This document shows, in pieces, positions 39,157 through 50,710 of a stretch of DNA of 64,000 bases; within the stretch, counting starts at the first letter, position 1; each line of letters opens with the position of its first letter. This DNA comes from a virus (taxonomy: Duplodnaviria > Caudoviricetes): IMG/VR virus record IMGVR_UViG_3300038300_000071, positions 64,001-128,000 of that record; one strand, given 5' to 3'. The translations under genes and the position numbers were made by a program. The notes under the pieces were generated by a model that searched no databases, was not told the origin of the DNA, and saw only the letters and a list, made by a program, of their open reading frames with translations.

Positions 39157-41118
39157 ATGTCAGACGACAAAATAAAGAGAAGACCTATAACTGCCTCTGA
39201 TATTGGCGTTCCTATACCCGGTGATCCAAACTATACAAGCCACAAGGGCGGAATAGCAAGGCCAGCGGTAACTAGTGGTCAAGCAGATCCAGTAAAGGGA
39301 GCTCAGGCAAGAAAAGTCAACAAGTCTCTTACAGCTGGCGGTGGGGTAAAGACTGCCGGAATGATGATTGATAATGTTCCTAATATGAATACAAGCTATA
39401 GCACAAGATACTTGGACGCTTATAGAACTTCTTATGCTTCTGGTGGTGATGACAGGGGTGGAACTTATGATGTTCCAACATACTTTGTTGAAATGAATGA
39501 TAAGAATGGCGGCGTTATATATTGGCCAACAACATTAAGAGAGAAATACTCTTGGTATAGATATTTTTACAGAACTGATGCATATGTTGGCAGAGCTTTA
39601 GATTTATTGACAGACTTGCCTATGTCTAAGTTGACCTTAAATATGCCGAAAGCAAAGGGAATGACAAAGAAGCAAAAAGAAGAGATTAATAATTTCTACG
39701 ATCATATGATGGAGAGATTAGGACTTTTTGACGTTTTGAGGTCATCGTTGTTTGAAGTAAATTGTATAGGAAACTCTTTTTTGTTTCATGAGTGGGATGA
39801 TAAAATGAAGATGTGGTCGAGCATTCAAATGCTACCTCCTGAGGAAGTTTCAGTTTTCCAGTTTCCATTTTCAGATAAGAAGCGCATAGAGTATAGGCCT
39901 GAAAGATTGATAGGGTTGATTAAGCAGCACGATAGTGACAATGGCGAAGAAGGGGGTTTTAACTATTCTGACAGTAGTTCTGACAGCTCTTTGTCAAGTG
40001 ACATTGTTGACTTGATTCCAGAAGACATAAAGAATATGATAAACGAAAGCGGAGCAATTATGATGGATTCAGATCCTATGAGTGGATCTTTCACCTATCA
40101 CATGACAAGAAAAAGAGCTCCTTATTTAGAGCTTGGCGCTTCGCTTTTAGAAAGAATTTTAGTTCCTTTACTTCAGAAGGAAAACTATAGATATACTCAG
40201 TTGAGTTTAGCAAATAGAAATATGACGCCTAAAAATTTAATAGTTGCTCCAAACCTAACAGGTGAAGAGTTGGAAGATTTGCGTTTGCAGGTTGACTTAT
40301 CATATTTAGATCCTGACTATTCAATCATTACAAACTATGAGGTTGATTGGAGTCAAATAGGCGCAGATCAGAGGTTGCTTGATTTGAGTAAAGAATACGA
40401 AACTATTGATAATCAAATTTTTTCCGCACTTGGAGTTACAAGAGAGTTGTTGACTGGTGAGGGAGCTTTTGGCGGAAACAAGATAACAGTTGAAATTTTA
40501 AATACAATGTTCTTACATTCTAGACAAATGTTGATTGACTACGTAGAACAGCAGTTGTTTAAGCCAGTGGCAGAGGCTAATGGTTGGTATTCAACGGATT
40601 CAAATGGCATTAAGAATTATTGGTATCCAAGAGTTGGATTTAACAGATTGACTATTCGTGACAACTCTGAAGTGTTTGACTCGTTGTTCCAGTTGTATCA
40701 GAAGGGTAGCCTTCCTGTGGATGTTATTTATGAATTATTTAACTTGGATGCTGATTCATTGAGTGAAAAGCTTGAAGAGCAGTTGTTTACGGTTAAGGAT
40801 GCTACATTCAACAGATTGCTTGAAGAGGCTAATTTAGAAGTGGGAAGAAATCTAATAGATAGGTCAAATATAGTAGAGAAGGTGACAAAATATTTAAATT
40901 TAGATTACAAAGAACCGGATGAAGGTGGAGATGTTGAAGGCGGGGAAGATGGCTTTGGCGGTGGCTTTGAAGATGAAGCAGAGGGGCCACAAGCCCTTCC
41001 TGATGATATTGTAGATGGAGTGGCAGACATATCCATAGATGAAGGTAATTTAGGGCCAGACTCAACAGATCAGGAAATTGAAGAGGCCGTACAAGAAGGG
41101 ATTAACAAGACATCATGA
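39157..41118 (+). CDS. Portal protein
   Basis: Position after the terminase; ALDLLTDLP, GNSF, GASLLER, ALGV..LL.G patterns; acidic tail. Confidence 0.8.
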   Translation: MSDDKIKRRPITASDIGVPIPGDPNYTSHKGGIARPAVTSGQADPVKGAQARKVNKSLTAGGGVKTAGMMIDNVPNMNTSYSTRYLDAYRTSYASGGDDRGGTYDVPTYFVEMNDKNGGVIYWPTTLREKYSWYRYFYRTDAYVGRALDLLTDLPMSKLTLNMPKAKGMTKKQKEEINNFYDHMMERLGLFDVLRSSLFEVNCIGNSFLFHEWDDKMKMWSSIQMLPPEEVSVFQFPFSDKKRIEYRPERLIGLIKQHDSDNGEEGGFNYSDSSSDSSLSSDIVDLIPEDIKNMINESGAIMMDSDPMSGSFTYHMTRKRAPYLELGASLLERILVPLLQKENYRYTQLSLANRNMTPKNLIVAPNLTGEELEDLRLQVDLSYLDPDYSIITNYEVDWSQIGADQRLLDLSKEYETIDNQIFSALGVTRELLTGEGAFGGNKITVEILNTMFLHSRQMLIDYVEQQLFKPVAEANGWYSTDSNGIKNYWYPRVGFNRLTIRDNSEVFDSLFQLYQKGSLPVDVIYELFNLDADSLSEKLEEQLFTVKDATFNRLLEEANLEVGRNLIDRSNIVEKVTKYLNLDYKEPDEGGDVEGGEDGFGGGFEDEAEGPQALPDDIVDGVADISIDEGNLGPDSTDQEIEEAVQEGINKTS

Positions 41119-44100
41119 ATTGGGAAGAATTGGCAATTAAAGCGGAATTTAAGGAACTTATCAAGATTGCAGGGGAAGAATCGTTCTCGGAAGAGGATAA
41201 GCAGGCAATTATTGAAAGGGTTAAAGAGAAGTTGAGGGATCATGGCGTTAGCAACGTCCATGCTGAAAATCTTATTCTAGAGGGAGATTCGGACGGAGAT
41301 GGTGATGCCGAATTGGTCGCCAGTGCTAGTTCTAAGATTGCGGCTAGTATTATTGCTGAAGAAAATACCCTGTCCGATCTTGGTCTTACGAAAGATACCG
41401 AAATAACATCTGACAATATTGATCAGATTATGGATTATTTTAAAGGGCAAGCTAAAGAAGAAGATTCTGCCGATGAAATAATTAAATCTCTTGATGGTGT
41501 TTTCGATAGGATAAAATTGCTTGTAGACTCGCTTGGTGGTGAGAGCAAGGGAGTTGATGATGAGGAATTGGCGGGAAATGACAAGAAGAAAGAAGCTTCT
41601 TTGAAATGTGCTGAAAAAAATATCTTATCAGATTTTATTGTAGATGAGTTGGTGAAGTATGCCAAGAGATTTGAATATCAGTCAGAGTTGGACAAGTATC
41701 TTAGAGATCATCCAGATGCCGATAGATTGGATCATAGCTATGATAAGAAGGGAGAGTCTGGGAAGGGAAGGCCTAGAAATTCTAAGCTTTGGCCTACTAA
41801 AAACCAGATGGAGACTTATTTAGACAATCATCCAAAAGCTGACAAATCAAAGCATCAGTATAAGAAAGATGACAAAGGCAACGGCCATCCTGATGTTTCA
41901 AAAGTGGATCAGGGAGGAGGTTCTGGCGAAGAAAAGAGAAGAACTCCAGCAGAAAAAGAGAAGGAGTTTTACAAGGATAATCCAGAATTGGATGGGCCAG
42001 ATCTTGAAATACTTACTCCAGAGCAGCAGAAAGAAAAGGAAGACGCTAGGCCAATTTCTGAAAGTCCTGAAAAGCAGAAAGAAATAAGAGATAAGATAGA
42101 AGAGGTAAAGGAAAAGATAGAGGCTGAGAAGTCTGGAGAAAAGCCCTCTGATGGATTGGAAGATTCTCATATTGAAAAGGATACTCCTCATTGGTTTAAT
42201 GAGAATGAGAATATAGATCCTTTGAATAATGTTCAGATGGAAAAAAAAGGATTTGAGAAAGGGTTTTCAGATTTAATGGATGAAGATGTCTTTTATGATG
42301 TTAGAACCGGAAAGGCTCATAAATTTTCAGATCTTCCAAAGAAAGTTAGAGAAAAGCTTGCAGAAAAAGCCAGCACGGGAGAGCTTTGGCACTCACAGCC
42401 TTCTAATAATAGAAAGAATAAGCTCAAACTTAAGGAGACTGCGCCTTTGACCGAGGGCGACAAAGATAAAGGACTTAAGGAAAATTCAAATGATTTATTT
42501 AGCGACAAGGTAAACAAATCAAAGAAAGACTTTTCTAAAGAGATTGTTAAGAATGAAAAAGAAATAAGAGATACGATGGTCGATGAAGGAAAAGTCATCG
42601 GAGATCTGTTTAATAAATTTAGGGAAAAGAGAAATCAGGAAATTCTTGATAACAGTGAAAATCCTGAAAGTGATGTTTTGTTTGATAAGAATGATGAAGC
42701 TTATCATTTTGAAAAGCCTCAAGCTGAATCTGACAAAGGAATGCTGCCTTCTTCTCGCAAGCCTGAGAGGAATGATTCTGTGATGATGAAAAGTCAAAAG
42801 GGGAAAGGGCCAGCTTGGAATGTTGAAAAAATAGAAGGAGATACTGCCTTTTTGAGGAATGAAAAAACTGACAAGGTAATGCAGTCTCCTTTGAATCAAT
42901 TGGAGTTTAGCGATAATAGCAAGTCTGTCAAGAAAAAAGACACTAAAGATAAGCCTCTTGACAAAAAGAAAATGACAATGAAGGATTTCTTAGAGAATGT
43001 TCCAAATGAAGAGGCTCTTACGGATAGGGAAAGAAAGATTGTAGAGAAGATGTTTGACGTTCCTGAGAAGGAATCTCCCAAGAAGGAATCTCCTAAGAAG
43101 GAATCTCCTAAAAAGGAATCTCCTAAGAAGGAAGTGGTTGAAAAGACTACTGATAAGATAGTTCCTAAAAAAGAAGATTCTAATGAACCTGGAACGTCTA
43201 GAGAAGATGTGTTTAAAACTCTTGGATTTAAGCAATTTACTAATAAAAATATTGGCGAGAAATCAAGGGGCTATAGTCCTGACAAGGTTAAGGGAGCTAT
43301 AACATCGATTTATAGAAATATATTAAACTCAAGGCCAGTCCATCCTCCTACAATAGGGAAATTAACTAAGAAGGAGTTGGAAAAAACCATGGATATGTTG
43401 GGAATATCCCATGAGGATCTTGGCACTACTTCTAATTCATCCGTGGGTGACATTGCGAAGGGAGTTGTGAAGGAAGTCAGTGATATGACGCCTGCTTATG
43501 GAGAGGAGAGTGTATCTCGTAGAAATACAAGATATAGTCCAAGCAGCAAGAGAGAAGAGCCTAAGAAAGATGTAGCTGAAAAAAATACAGATAAGATAGA
43601 CCCTTCTCAAAAGGATAATTCCGATGAAAAGCCTCCCGCAGAGAGTAACAGACGAGTTAAACCTAAGCCTTCTGCACGTCTTCAGAAGATTGGAGATGGA
43701 GATTATCAGCATGAGGGAAAGTATTCCCAAAGAATCCAAAAGAGTGGTGGTGGGTATTCTGTTTCCACCAAAGATGGAAACAAGATTTTGCCAGCGATGA
43801 GTTTTAAGAATTTGGCTGGAGTTCGCAGTTGGATAGGATCTGTTAATCAGGGTGATATAGTTTTTGATGGTAAGTCTTGGCAGGATAAGACTCCTGAGAA
43901 AGATTTAGTTGAAAAGGTTACAGACAAGATAGTTCCTAAAAAGGAAGCTCCTAAGAAGGATGTAGTTGAAAAGGTTACAGACAAGATAGTTCCTAAAAAG
44001 GAAGCTCCTAAGAAAGAATCTCCTAAGAAGAAGGATGATTCGTTTAAGGATTTTGAAGAAACGTTAGATCCAAAAACTGTTTCTAAAATAGTAGATGCGT

Positions 44101-47100
44101 ATGGAGACGGAGTAAATAATCATATCACCGATTATTTAGATTCTAATAATATAAAATTAGATAAAAAGCAGCAAGATGCGCTGTGGCACAGGGTGGATGC
44201 TCTGGGAATGGAAGAAGTTGGATCTGGAAGTTACAATGAGCAAAGTTCATTGGATAGAATTGAAGGAAGGCTTCCATCTATAATGGATGCTATAACCAAT
44301 CCTAAGAAAGAAACTCCTAAGAAAGAAACTCCTAAAAAAGATGTAGTTGAAAAGATCACAGACAAAATAGCTCCTAAGAAGGTGTCTCCTGAAAATACAG
44401 TTACTAAGGTTGATGCTCCTAAGGGAGAAGTACCCAAGTTAGATCCTAACAAAGAGCCTAAGGGCGGCCCTAGACAGACTTTCCATTTTGGAAACAAGGA
44501 GTGGGATATAGATCAAGGGCTTAGATATGTAGAAGAGAAAGGATTGAAGCCAGAGTCTGTAAAGACTGACGACCTTAAAGGTTATCTTGGAATTGTCAAA
44601 GTGGATCAGGACTATGCTTCGAAGTTAACAAACAAAGAGCCATTGTTGGCGATTACAAGTGAAGATGGAAGCATGGTTGTTGATGGTTATCATAGAATTC
44701 AAAAGGCGGTAAACGATGGTGTGGAGAATTTAGATGTTGTTTTCCTTAATGATAAGCAGTCTAAGGATATAGAAATACCAGATCATGCTGGAGCGCGTTC
44801 TAAAGCTCATAATGATTTCTACAAGAAAAAAAGGCCTTCTAAGAAAGTAGCTCCTAAGAAAGAAGATTCTAAGAAAGAAGATTCTAAAAAGACAGTTACC
44901 AAGAAAGAAGTTTCTGAGAAGAAATCTCCTGAGAAGGGTGAAATTAGCGTTAGTCACAAAGATAAGAAATTCGATGATACAACTATTAATATTAGCAAGT
45001 ATGAGTCTCCTAATGGGAAAATTGAAATATTCAATAACAGTCCTTGGGCTGGTGGAAGGGATTCAATCACTGAGACAACGGTAAATAAGGACTTTAGAAG
45101 AAATGGAGAGGGATCAAGAATTCTCAAGAAAGCATTGGAGGGGAGGACTCAAGTTTCTGCTCAAACATCCAGCAAGGGTTCAACAACTTTCTTTTATAAC
45201 AATGGGTTTAGACCAGTTGAAAAGCCTGACGCATCTCTCAAAGAGACGGTGGAGATGTTTAATGAGAATCAATCTCTGGGAATGGAGTGGAATGCCAAGA
45301 AGGAAACTCCTAAGAAGGATGTAGTCGAAAAGGTTACAGACAAGATAGTTCCTAAAAAGGAAGCTCCTAAGAAAGAGACTCCTAAGAAAGAGACTCCTAA
45401 GAAAGAGACTCCTAAGAAAGAGACTCCTAAAAAGGAAGCTCCTAAAAAGGAAGCTCCTAAGAAAGAGACTCCTAAGAAAGAGACTCCTAAAGTGGAAGAT
45501 CTTAAAAAGCGCAGGGAGGAGTTACACTATCTTAATGATATTGCTGAAAAGAAAATAAGAGACTTTGATGGTGAAAAGAAACAAAATGGTCAATATAGAA
45601 AGCAATACCAGATGGATCTTGACAATTTAAAGGAACAGTCAGAATCTTATAAGAGAACAATAGATAGAATAAATGATGGTATTGATAAGGAGTCTCAGCC
45701 TAAAAAAGATGTAGTTGAAAAGATTACAGATAGGATAGCTCCTAAGAAGGAATCTCCTAAGAAGGAAGAGTCGGCAGGCGGTACTATGGTGAAGAAGTTT
45801 AATGACATGCAGAATGCCAGCAAGGCTATTGCTGATCACGCCAATGCCAAGATGATGCATGATGGGGCTAAGAAGAAGCATGACGATTATTCAGTGTCGA
45901 AGACAAAAGACGGAAAAGTCGTAAAGAAGTCTCAAAAGATTAAAGACGATCTTAAGAAAGATTTAGATGTTCGAAGAAAGAAGATGGACGATTTGGATAA
46001 AAGCATACCTGCTGAGTTTAAAGGTAAGACATTGTCGGATATGAGCAAGATGACTGGCGATCTTTATACTAAAATAAAGAAAGGGCCTTCCAAATCAGTA
46101 GCTCCTAAGTCAGTAGCTCCTAAGAAAGTATCTCCTAAGAAAGAGACTACCAAGAGTGAATCTGGGAAGCATTATGATTCATTAAAATCTATGGGAACCT
46201 CGGCTGAGCGTAGGAAGTATGTTAAGGATCAAATGTCGGATAAATCTTTATCTAAAAGCGATCAAGCAAAAATACATGAAGATTATAGTAAATTAATGAA
46301 AGATGAAAAGGATGACTTTTCAGATCAGTTGATGGTTAGTCAGGGCGATGCAGCTAAGACCAAAAAGATAATGGATCACATATCTAAAACCAGAGGAGAT
46401 GTTTTTGCAGAAGGCGTAGAGAAGATGGTTGATAAGAAAAAGAAAGAAGCTCCTAAGAAAGTAGCTCCTAAGAAGGTAGAGCCTAAAAAAGAAGCTCCTA
46501 AAAAAGATGTAGTTGAAAAGATTACAGATAAGATAGCTCCTAAGGCGGTAGAGCCTAAAAGAGAAGCTCCTAAGACGGTAACTCCTAAGAAAGAAGCTCC
46601 TAAGAAAGAAGCTCCTAAAAAAGAAGCTCCTAAAAAAGAAGCTCCTAAGAAAGTAGAGCCTAGGAAGGTAGAGCCTAAGAAGGTAGAGCCTAAAAAAGTA
46701 GAGCCTAAAAAAGAAGCTCCTAAGAAGGTAGAGCCTAAAAAAGAGACTCCTAAAAAAGATTTAGTTGAAAAGGTTACAGACAAGATAGCTCCCAAGGAAG
46801 AATCTGGGAAGCATTATAACTCATTAAAGTCTATGGGAACCTCGACTGAGCGTAGGAAGTACATCACGGATCAAATGTCGGATAAATCTTTATCTAAAGC
46901 GGATAAGAAAAACATACATGAAGACTATAAAAAATTAATGAAAGATGAAAAAGATGACTTCTCGCAGCAGTTGATGGTTAGTCAGGGCGATAAAGCTAAG
47001 ACTAAAAAGATAATGGATCACATGTCTAAAACTAGAGGCCAGTCTTTTGCAGAAGGCGTAGAGAGTATGGTGGAGAAAAGAATGAAGGATGGAGAAGAGG

Positions 47101-47504
47101 GAAAGCTCGTCAAGAAGATAATGGACAGTCAGGGAGATGATGACAAGATCAATAAGATCATGGATGAAATCATTGAAACTAAAGGCGAAGATTTCGCAGA
47201 CGGAATTGGAGATATGGTTAAGAATAATAAGGGAAAGATTCCTGTTAGGGAAAAAGCTGAAGCCACAGCAGCGGATTTAAATGAAATAGAAGCGGCTGCG
47301 TTTCTTGAAGGAATGACTGATAGATTAGTCGAGGCTGTAAAAGATAGAGATCTTATGAGAGACACTGGTGGGCAAAGCAAAATGAGAGACAGAGAGCCTC
47401 ACAATAAGCCTCCAAGAGATGATTGCAAAAGCAGGTATAGAAATAAAAGATTGACTCCTGATGAAAGAGATAGGGATACCGATAACGATAAAGATTTAAA
47501 TTAA
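41115..47504 (+). CDS. 2129-aa Lys/Glu-rich repeat protein with ParB-like and GNAT-like domains
   Basis: PKKE(S/T/A) tandem repeats; VVDGYHR; FRRNGEGS...FFYNNGF; internal duplication. Confidence 0.75.
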   Translation: MNWEELAIKAEFKELIKIAGEESFSEEDKQAIIERVKEKLRDHGVSNVHAENLILEGDSDGDGDAELVASASSKIAASIIAEENTLSDLGLTKDTEITSDNIDQIMDYFKGQAKEEDSADEIIKSLDGVFDRIKLLVDSLGGESKGVDDEELAGNDKKKEASLKCAEKNILSDFIVDELVKYAKRFEYQSELDKYLRDHPDADRLDHSYDKKGESGKGRPRNSKLWPTKNQMETYLDNHPKADKSKHQYKKDDKGNGHPDVSKVDQGGGSGEEKRRTPAEKEKEFYKDNPELDGPDLEILTPEQQKEKEDARPISESPEKQKEIRDKIEEVKEKIEAEKSGEKPSDGLEDSHIEKDTPHWFNENENIDPLNNVQMEKKGFEKGFSDLMDEDVFYDVRTGKAHKFSDLPKKVREKLAEKASTGELWHSQPSNNRKNKLKLKETAPLTEGDKDKGLKENSNDLFSDKVNKSKKDFSKEIVKNEKEIRDTMVDEGKVIGDLFNKFREKRNQEILDNSENPESDVLFDKNDEAYHFEKPQAESDKGMLPSSRKPERNDSVMMKSQKGKGPAWNVEKIEGDTAFLRNEKTDKVMQSPLNQLEFSDNSKSVKKKDTKDKPLDKKKMTMKDFLENVPNEEALTDRERKIVEKMFDVPEKESPKKESPKKESPKKESPKKEVVEKTTDKIVPKKEDSNEPGTSREDVFKTLGFKQFTNKNIGEKSRGYSPDKVKGAITSIYRNILNSRPVHPPTIGKLTKKELEKTMDMLGISHEDLGTTSNSSVGDIAKGVVKEVSDMTPAYGEESVSRRNTRYSPSSKREEPKKDVAEKNTDKIDPSQKDNSDEKPPAESNRRVKPKPSARLQKIGDGDYQHEGKYSQRIQKSGGGYSVSTKDGNKILPAMSFKNLAGVRSWIGSVNQGDIVFDGKSWQDKTPEKDLVEKVTDKIVPKKEAPKKDVVEKVTDKIVPKKEAPKKESPKKKDDSFKDFEETLDPKTVSKIVDAYGDGVNNHITDYLDSNNIKLDKKQQDALWHRVDALGMEEVGSGSYNEQSSLDRIEGRLPSIMDAITNPKKETPKKETPKKDVVEKITDKIAPKKVSPENTVTKVDAPKGEVPKLDPNKEPKGGPRQTFHFGNKEWDIDQGLRYVEEKGLKPESVKTDDLKGYLGIVKVDQDYASKLTNKEPLLAITSEDGSMVVDGYHRIQKAVNDGVENLDVVFLNDKQSKDIEIPDHAGARSKAHNDFYKKKRPSKKVAPKKEDSKKEDSKKTVTKKEVSEKKSPEKGEISVSHKDKKFDDTTINISKYESPNGKIEIFNNSPWAGGRDSITETTVNKDFRRNGEGSRILKKALEGRTQVSAQTSSKGSTTFFYNNGFRPVEKPDASLKETVEMFNENQSLGMEWNAKKETPKKDVVEKVTDKIVPKKEAPKKETPKKETPKKETPKKETPKKEAPKKEAPKKETPKKETPKVEDLKKRREELHYLNDIAEKKIRDFDGEKKQNGQYRKQYQMDLDNLKEQSESYKRTIDRINDGIDKESQPKKDVVEKITDRIAPKKESPKKEESAGGTMVKKFNDMQNASKAIADHANAKMMHDGAKKKHDDYSVSKTKDGKVVKKSQKIKDDLKKDLDVRRKKMDDLDKSIPAEFKGKTLSDMSKMTGDLYTKIKKGPSKSVAPKSVAPKKVSPKKETTKSESGKHYDSLKSMGTSAERRKYVKDQMSDKSLSKSDQAKIHEDYSKLMKDEKDDFSDQLMVSQGDAAKTKKIMDHISKTRGDVFAEGVEKMVDKKKKEAPKKVAPKKVEPKKEAPKKDVVEKITDKIAPKAVEPKREAPKTVTPKKEAPKKEAPKKEAPKKEAPKKVEPRKVEPKKVEPKKVEPKKEAPKKVEPKKETPKKDLVEKVTDKIAPKEESGKHYNSLKSMGTSTERRKYITDQMSDKSLSKADKKNIHEDYKKLMKDEKDDFSQQLMVSQGDKAKTKKIMDHMSKTRGQSFAEGVESMVEKRMKDGEEGKLVKKIMDSQGDDDKINKIMDEIIETKGEDFADGIGDMVKNNKGKIPVREKAEATAADLNEIEAAAFLEGMTDRLVEAVKDRDLMRDTGGQSKMRDREPHNKPPRDDCKSRYRNKRLTPDERDRDTDNDKDLN

Positions 47505-48806
47505 AGGGGTTAATATTAATGGATAATAAAAAGGTAGAGAAAATGGCAAACAAAATAGCTGGAGCTGATGATCCTCTTGTGAGCGTTGATCAGGCAATTA
47601 ATAGCATTATAGAAAGTATATATGTTATGGATAAGAATTTATCAAAGATAGAAATAAACAGTCCAGAAGAGAAAGCTGCTGTTGATAAGATACAAAATTT
47701 ATTAGATACAGCCATAGCGCCATATATGGCTGATGTAGCTAAGGAGTACTTGACGTTCGAAGATGATGAATAAATAAAAATTTTATATTTCATCGTTTAT
47801 GAAAGAACCTCATGGAGAAAAATAATGGCAAGTGATAAATATACAATTATACATACAGAGATTGAATTTAATCAATACTCACCTTCCCATAGTGGGCAGA
47901 CAATGTATACACCGGGTAAGGCTAGTAGTAAGTCGTTAGACCAAAACTGGCCGACAGATTTTATAATTCCTACGGGAACACCAGCGGTTGATAGTCAAGT
48001 AGATCCTACTAAAGGGCAGACAAGAGCGAGAGTTTTTGTCAGAGGTGGAATGACTGGAGTGGTGTCTGGAATGGATCAAAGACAAATTGATTCTGACAAT
48101 GAGTTAGTAAGCATGACAGGATTGGCTGTCCCTATTCTTGGGATTATTGGTGATGATAGAAGTGGTAGTACTGCGTCGTCTCCAACTGGAGTATATGATG
48201 ATCCAGGTATGCCAACTCAGGATAACAGTGGCGTTAATGAAAGGCAAACAGGGTACAATGGTATAGTTTTACCATAAGGAAGCTAAATGAGTGATTGTGG
48301 CGAATTAGGAAGTGGTGAGAGTGGGAATTCTGCAGCACGTAATGACTGTAAGGAGACTGAGTCTGAAAAGATAGAGGTTTGTTCCAATGCTACCGAGTCG
48401 GAGAATATGATTGAGAGAATAATCAATTATGTTCCTTTGGAAAAGGATGTCACTTTAATAATGGCTCAAGAGAGTTTCCCTTATCCTGAATTGGGAAAAA
48501 CTGCTAGGCCCGCCGGACAAGGATGCAGAACTTGCGTTCATAAGACCTACTGTGAGGCGTTTTATTGGTTTGTAAGAAGAGATGTTATTTTTTCCGACTC
48601 TCATGTCGGATTGGCTTGCCTCTCTTGGTCGGAGAATCCAGATGACAATGTTCAGTTTGGAAATAAGTATGATATTAATGAGAATACAAGAAGGAATATA
48701 CCAAGTCCTACTTCTCCTATAACGGAGCAGGCTGACCTTGGATATAAGAGTAGTCAATTTAATGACTTAGGAAACGGGCCTTCAGCTCCATAAAGGGAAA
48801 ATATAA

Positions 48807-49247
48807 ATGCCAAGAGATTTAAAAGCACCTAGTAAAGACGTAAGCGATAGCTTGCAAGTTTTTAGCAGTAGGAAGAAGTTAGAAGATTTTATTAAGGAGC
48901 AGTATGAAAAAGCTCCTAGAAGAAAGCCAACAAGGGCCAAAGCTTCCAAGGGGAAGAGAGGTACATTGTTTGCAAAAAGAAATAAAAATTTAGCAATAAG
49001 AGAGGCAGCTTTAAGAAAGTCACAGATTGTGATTACTTATAGGAAAACAACGACAGGCGAAACCAATCAATATGTGGTTGCGCCTTATGAGTTTGCCTTT
49101 AAGAGACTTAAGGTGGGAGCAAGGAAGATCCTTTGGGCCTACGATATGAAAGATAAAAGAATAAAGAATTTTGCAGTTAGAAATATTTCAAAAGTTGCAA
49201 TTACGGATAGAAAATTTACGCCGAAATGGCCGATTAAAATAAGCTAG
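48807..49247 (+). CDS. WYL-like domain protein
   Basis: IVITYRK......YVVAPY...LWAYD......KNFAVRNI. Confidence 0.6.
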   Translation: MPRDLKAPSKDVSDSLQVFSSRKKLEDFIKEQYEKAPRRKPTRAKASKGKRGTLFAKRNKNLAIREAALRKSQIVITYRKTTTGETNQYVVAPYEFAFKRLKVGARKILWAYDMKDKRIKNFAVRNISKVAITDRKFTPKWPIKIS

Positions 49248-50664
49248 GAGTATGAGATGAAAAGAAGAGGTAGTTATTGGTCAGGAATTTATGGCGGCAT
49301 GATAGAGCGCTTTGAAAAGGGTATGATTGTGGAGCCTGTTGTTGTAAGCAGAAGAGGGTTCTACGGAACGGTGACGGAAGTAAACACGGCTGAAAATAAA
49401 GTTTATGTCGCATGGGGAAATGGAGCTATATCTCAAGAAGATCCAGATATGATTATGCCTTCTGACTTAAATTCAGCAAAAACAAGAAGAGAGTCTTTGC
49501 CAAAAGTTCTAGATAATAAATATAGAACAGTAGCTAAGGAACTTGAATCTAAAGATTGGGAATATAACCCATGGGCAGTTTGTCACACTACAGTTGATAA
49601 AGATAAGAATCCTAAGAAGTTCGAGGATTGCGTCAAGGGCGTAAAAGAACAGCAGGCTTCTAGAAGATCAGTCTATAGTTCGGACAACGGTAAAGTTTAT
49701 CAGAAGACTGTAAAGGGTATAATGAAGAAATGAATATTGCTGAAGAAATAGCCAAAATAGCTGAGCTTATAGCCGAGGCTCATGAATTGATTGCTTACAA
49801 GCAGTTTAGAAAGAAAAAGATAAAGCAAAAGAGTAAAGATAAAACTAAAGCTAAAAAGAAATATCTTGAGACTAAAGTGAAAACGCAAAAGAAGCAAAAG
49901 AAATACCGTCATAGATGGAAAGAGCAGTTGAAGGGTAGGAAGTAGTTTAAAAAAATCAATATTGCTATTGACAGTATTATGGTTGTGAAACAATAAGGAG
50001 AGAGTTATGGCAAATCCAAAGGCATATCAAACAGTAGTTGCAGGAAGAGTTAGAGAAGATGAGTGTATAGATATGTTTCATCATAATCTTGTAGCCCTGC
50101 CAACTGGAAGAAAGGCCATTCGCGATTCAGGTGGAGGACATCTAACGCAAATGCCATCGGAAAGCACTGCTGGAAATACCACAGTGATAACAGTTGATCA
50201 TTTAGCAGATGATCAACTTGGGAAAGATTCAAGTTTAAGAAGTCCTGAATTGGGAGCCTATACTGGCACTCATGCTCAGGGAACAAATGACGACATTTAA
50301 AAAGGAGAGCTGTTAAAATGGCAAACGTACTTGGAGTAACTACAACTAGGAATCAAGTTCCTAGTGAAAGAACAGTAATTAACGAAGCATTGAACGATCT
50401 AAACATTAGTGGTGGCGGTTCTGCATCTACTGGTTTTTTCAAAGACAATGCAGTATCATCTGGAGCAAATCTAGCTACTGCGGTTTATAGCGGTGGTGGC
50501 GATCTTGGAACGCCAGTAGCTGAGTCTATCAACGGAACAGCTTGGAGTTCAGCATTGGAAGATACACAAATTGGAAAGCCTACTAACAGAGGTAAATTCC
50601 AAGAGGTTCAAGCTAACACTTATAGCGCTGGAAGTTACAGCATTATAGCTAGAGCTTAAATTAT

Positions 50665-50692
50665 AAGGGGTCGTAATGGCCCCTTTATTTTT
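50665..50692 (+). terminator. Intrinsic terminator
   Basis: AAGGGGTC-GTAAT-GGCCCCTT followed by a T-rich tract. Confidence 0.7.
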
Positions 50693-50710
50693 ACTTAAGG
50701 ACTTGAGAAA

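Noticed and set aside
45350-46760. CRISPR-like or non-coding tandem repeats
   Set aside because: In-frame 15-bp coding repeats (PKKE-x) with synonymous variation.
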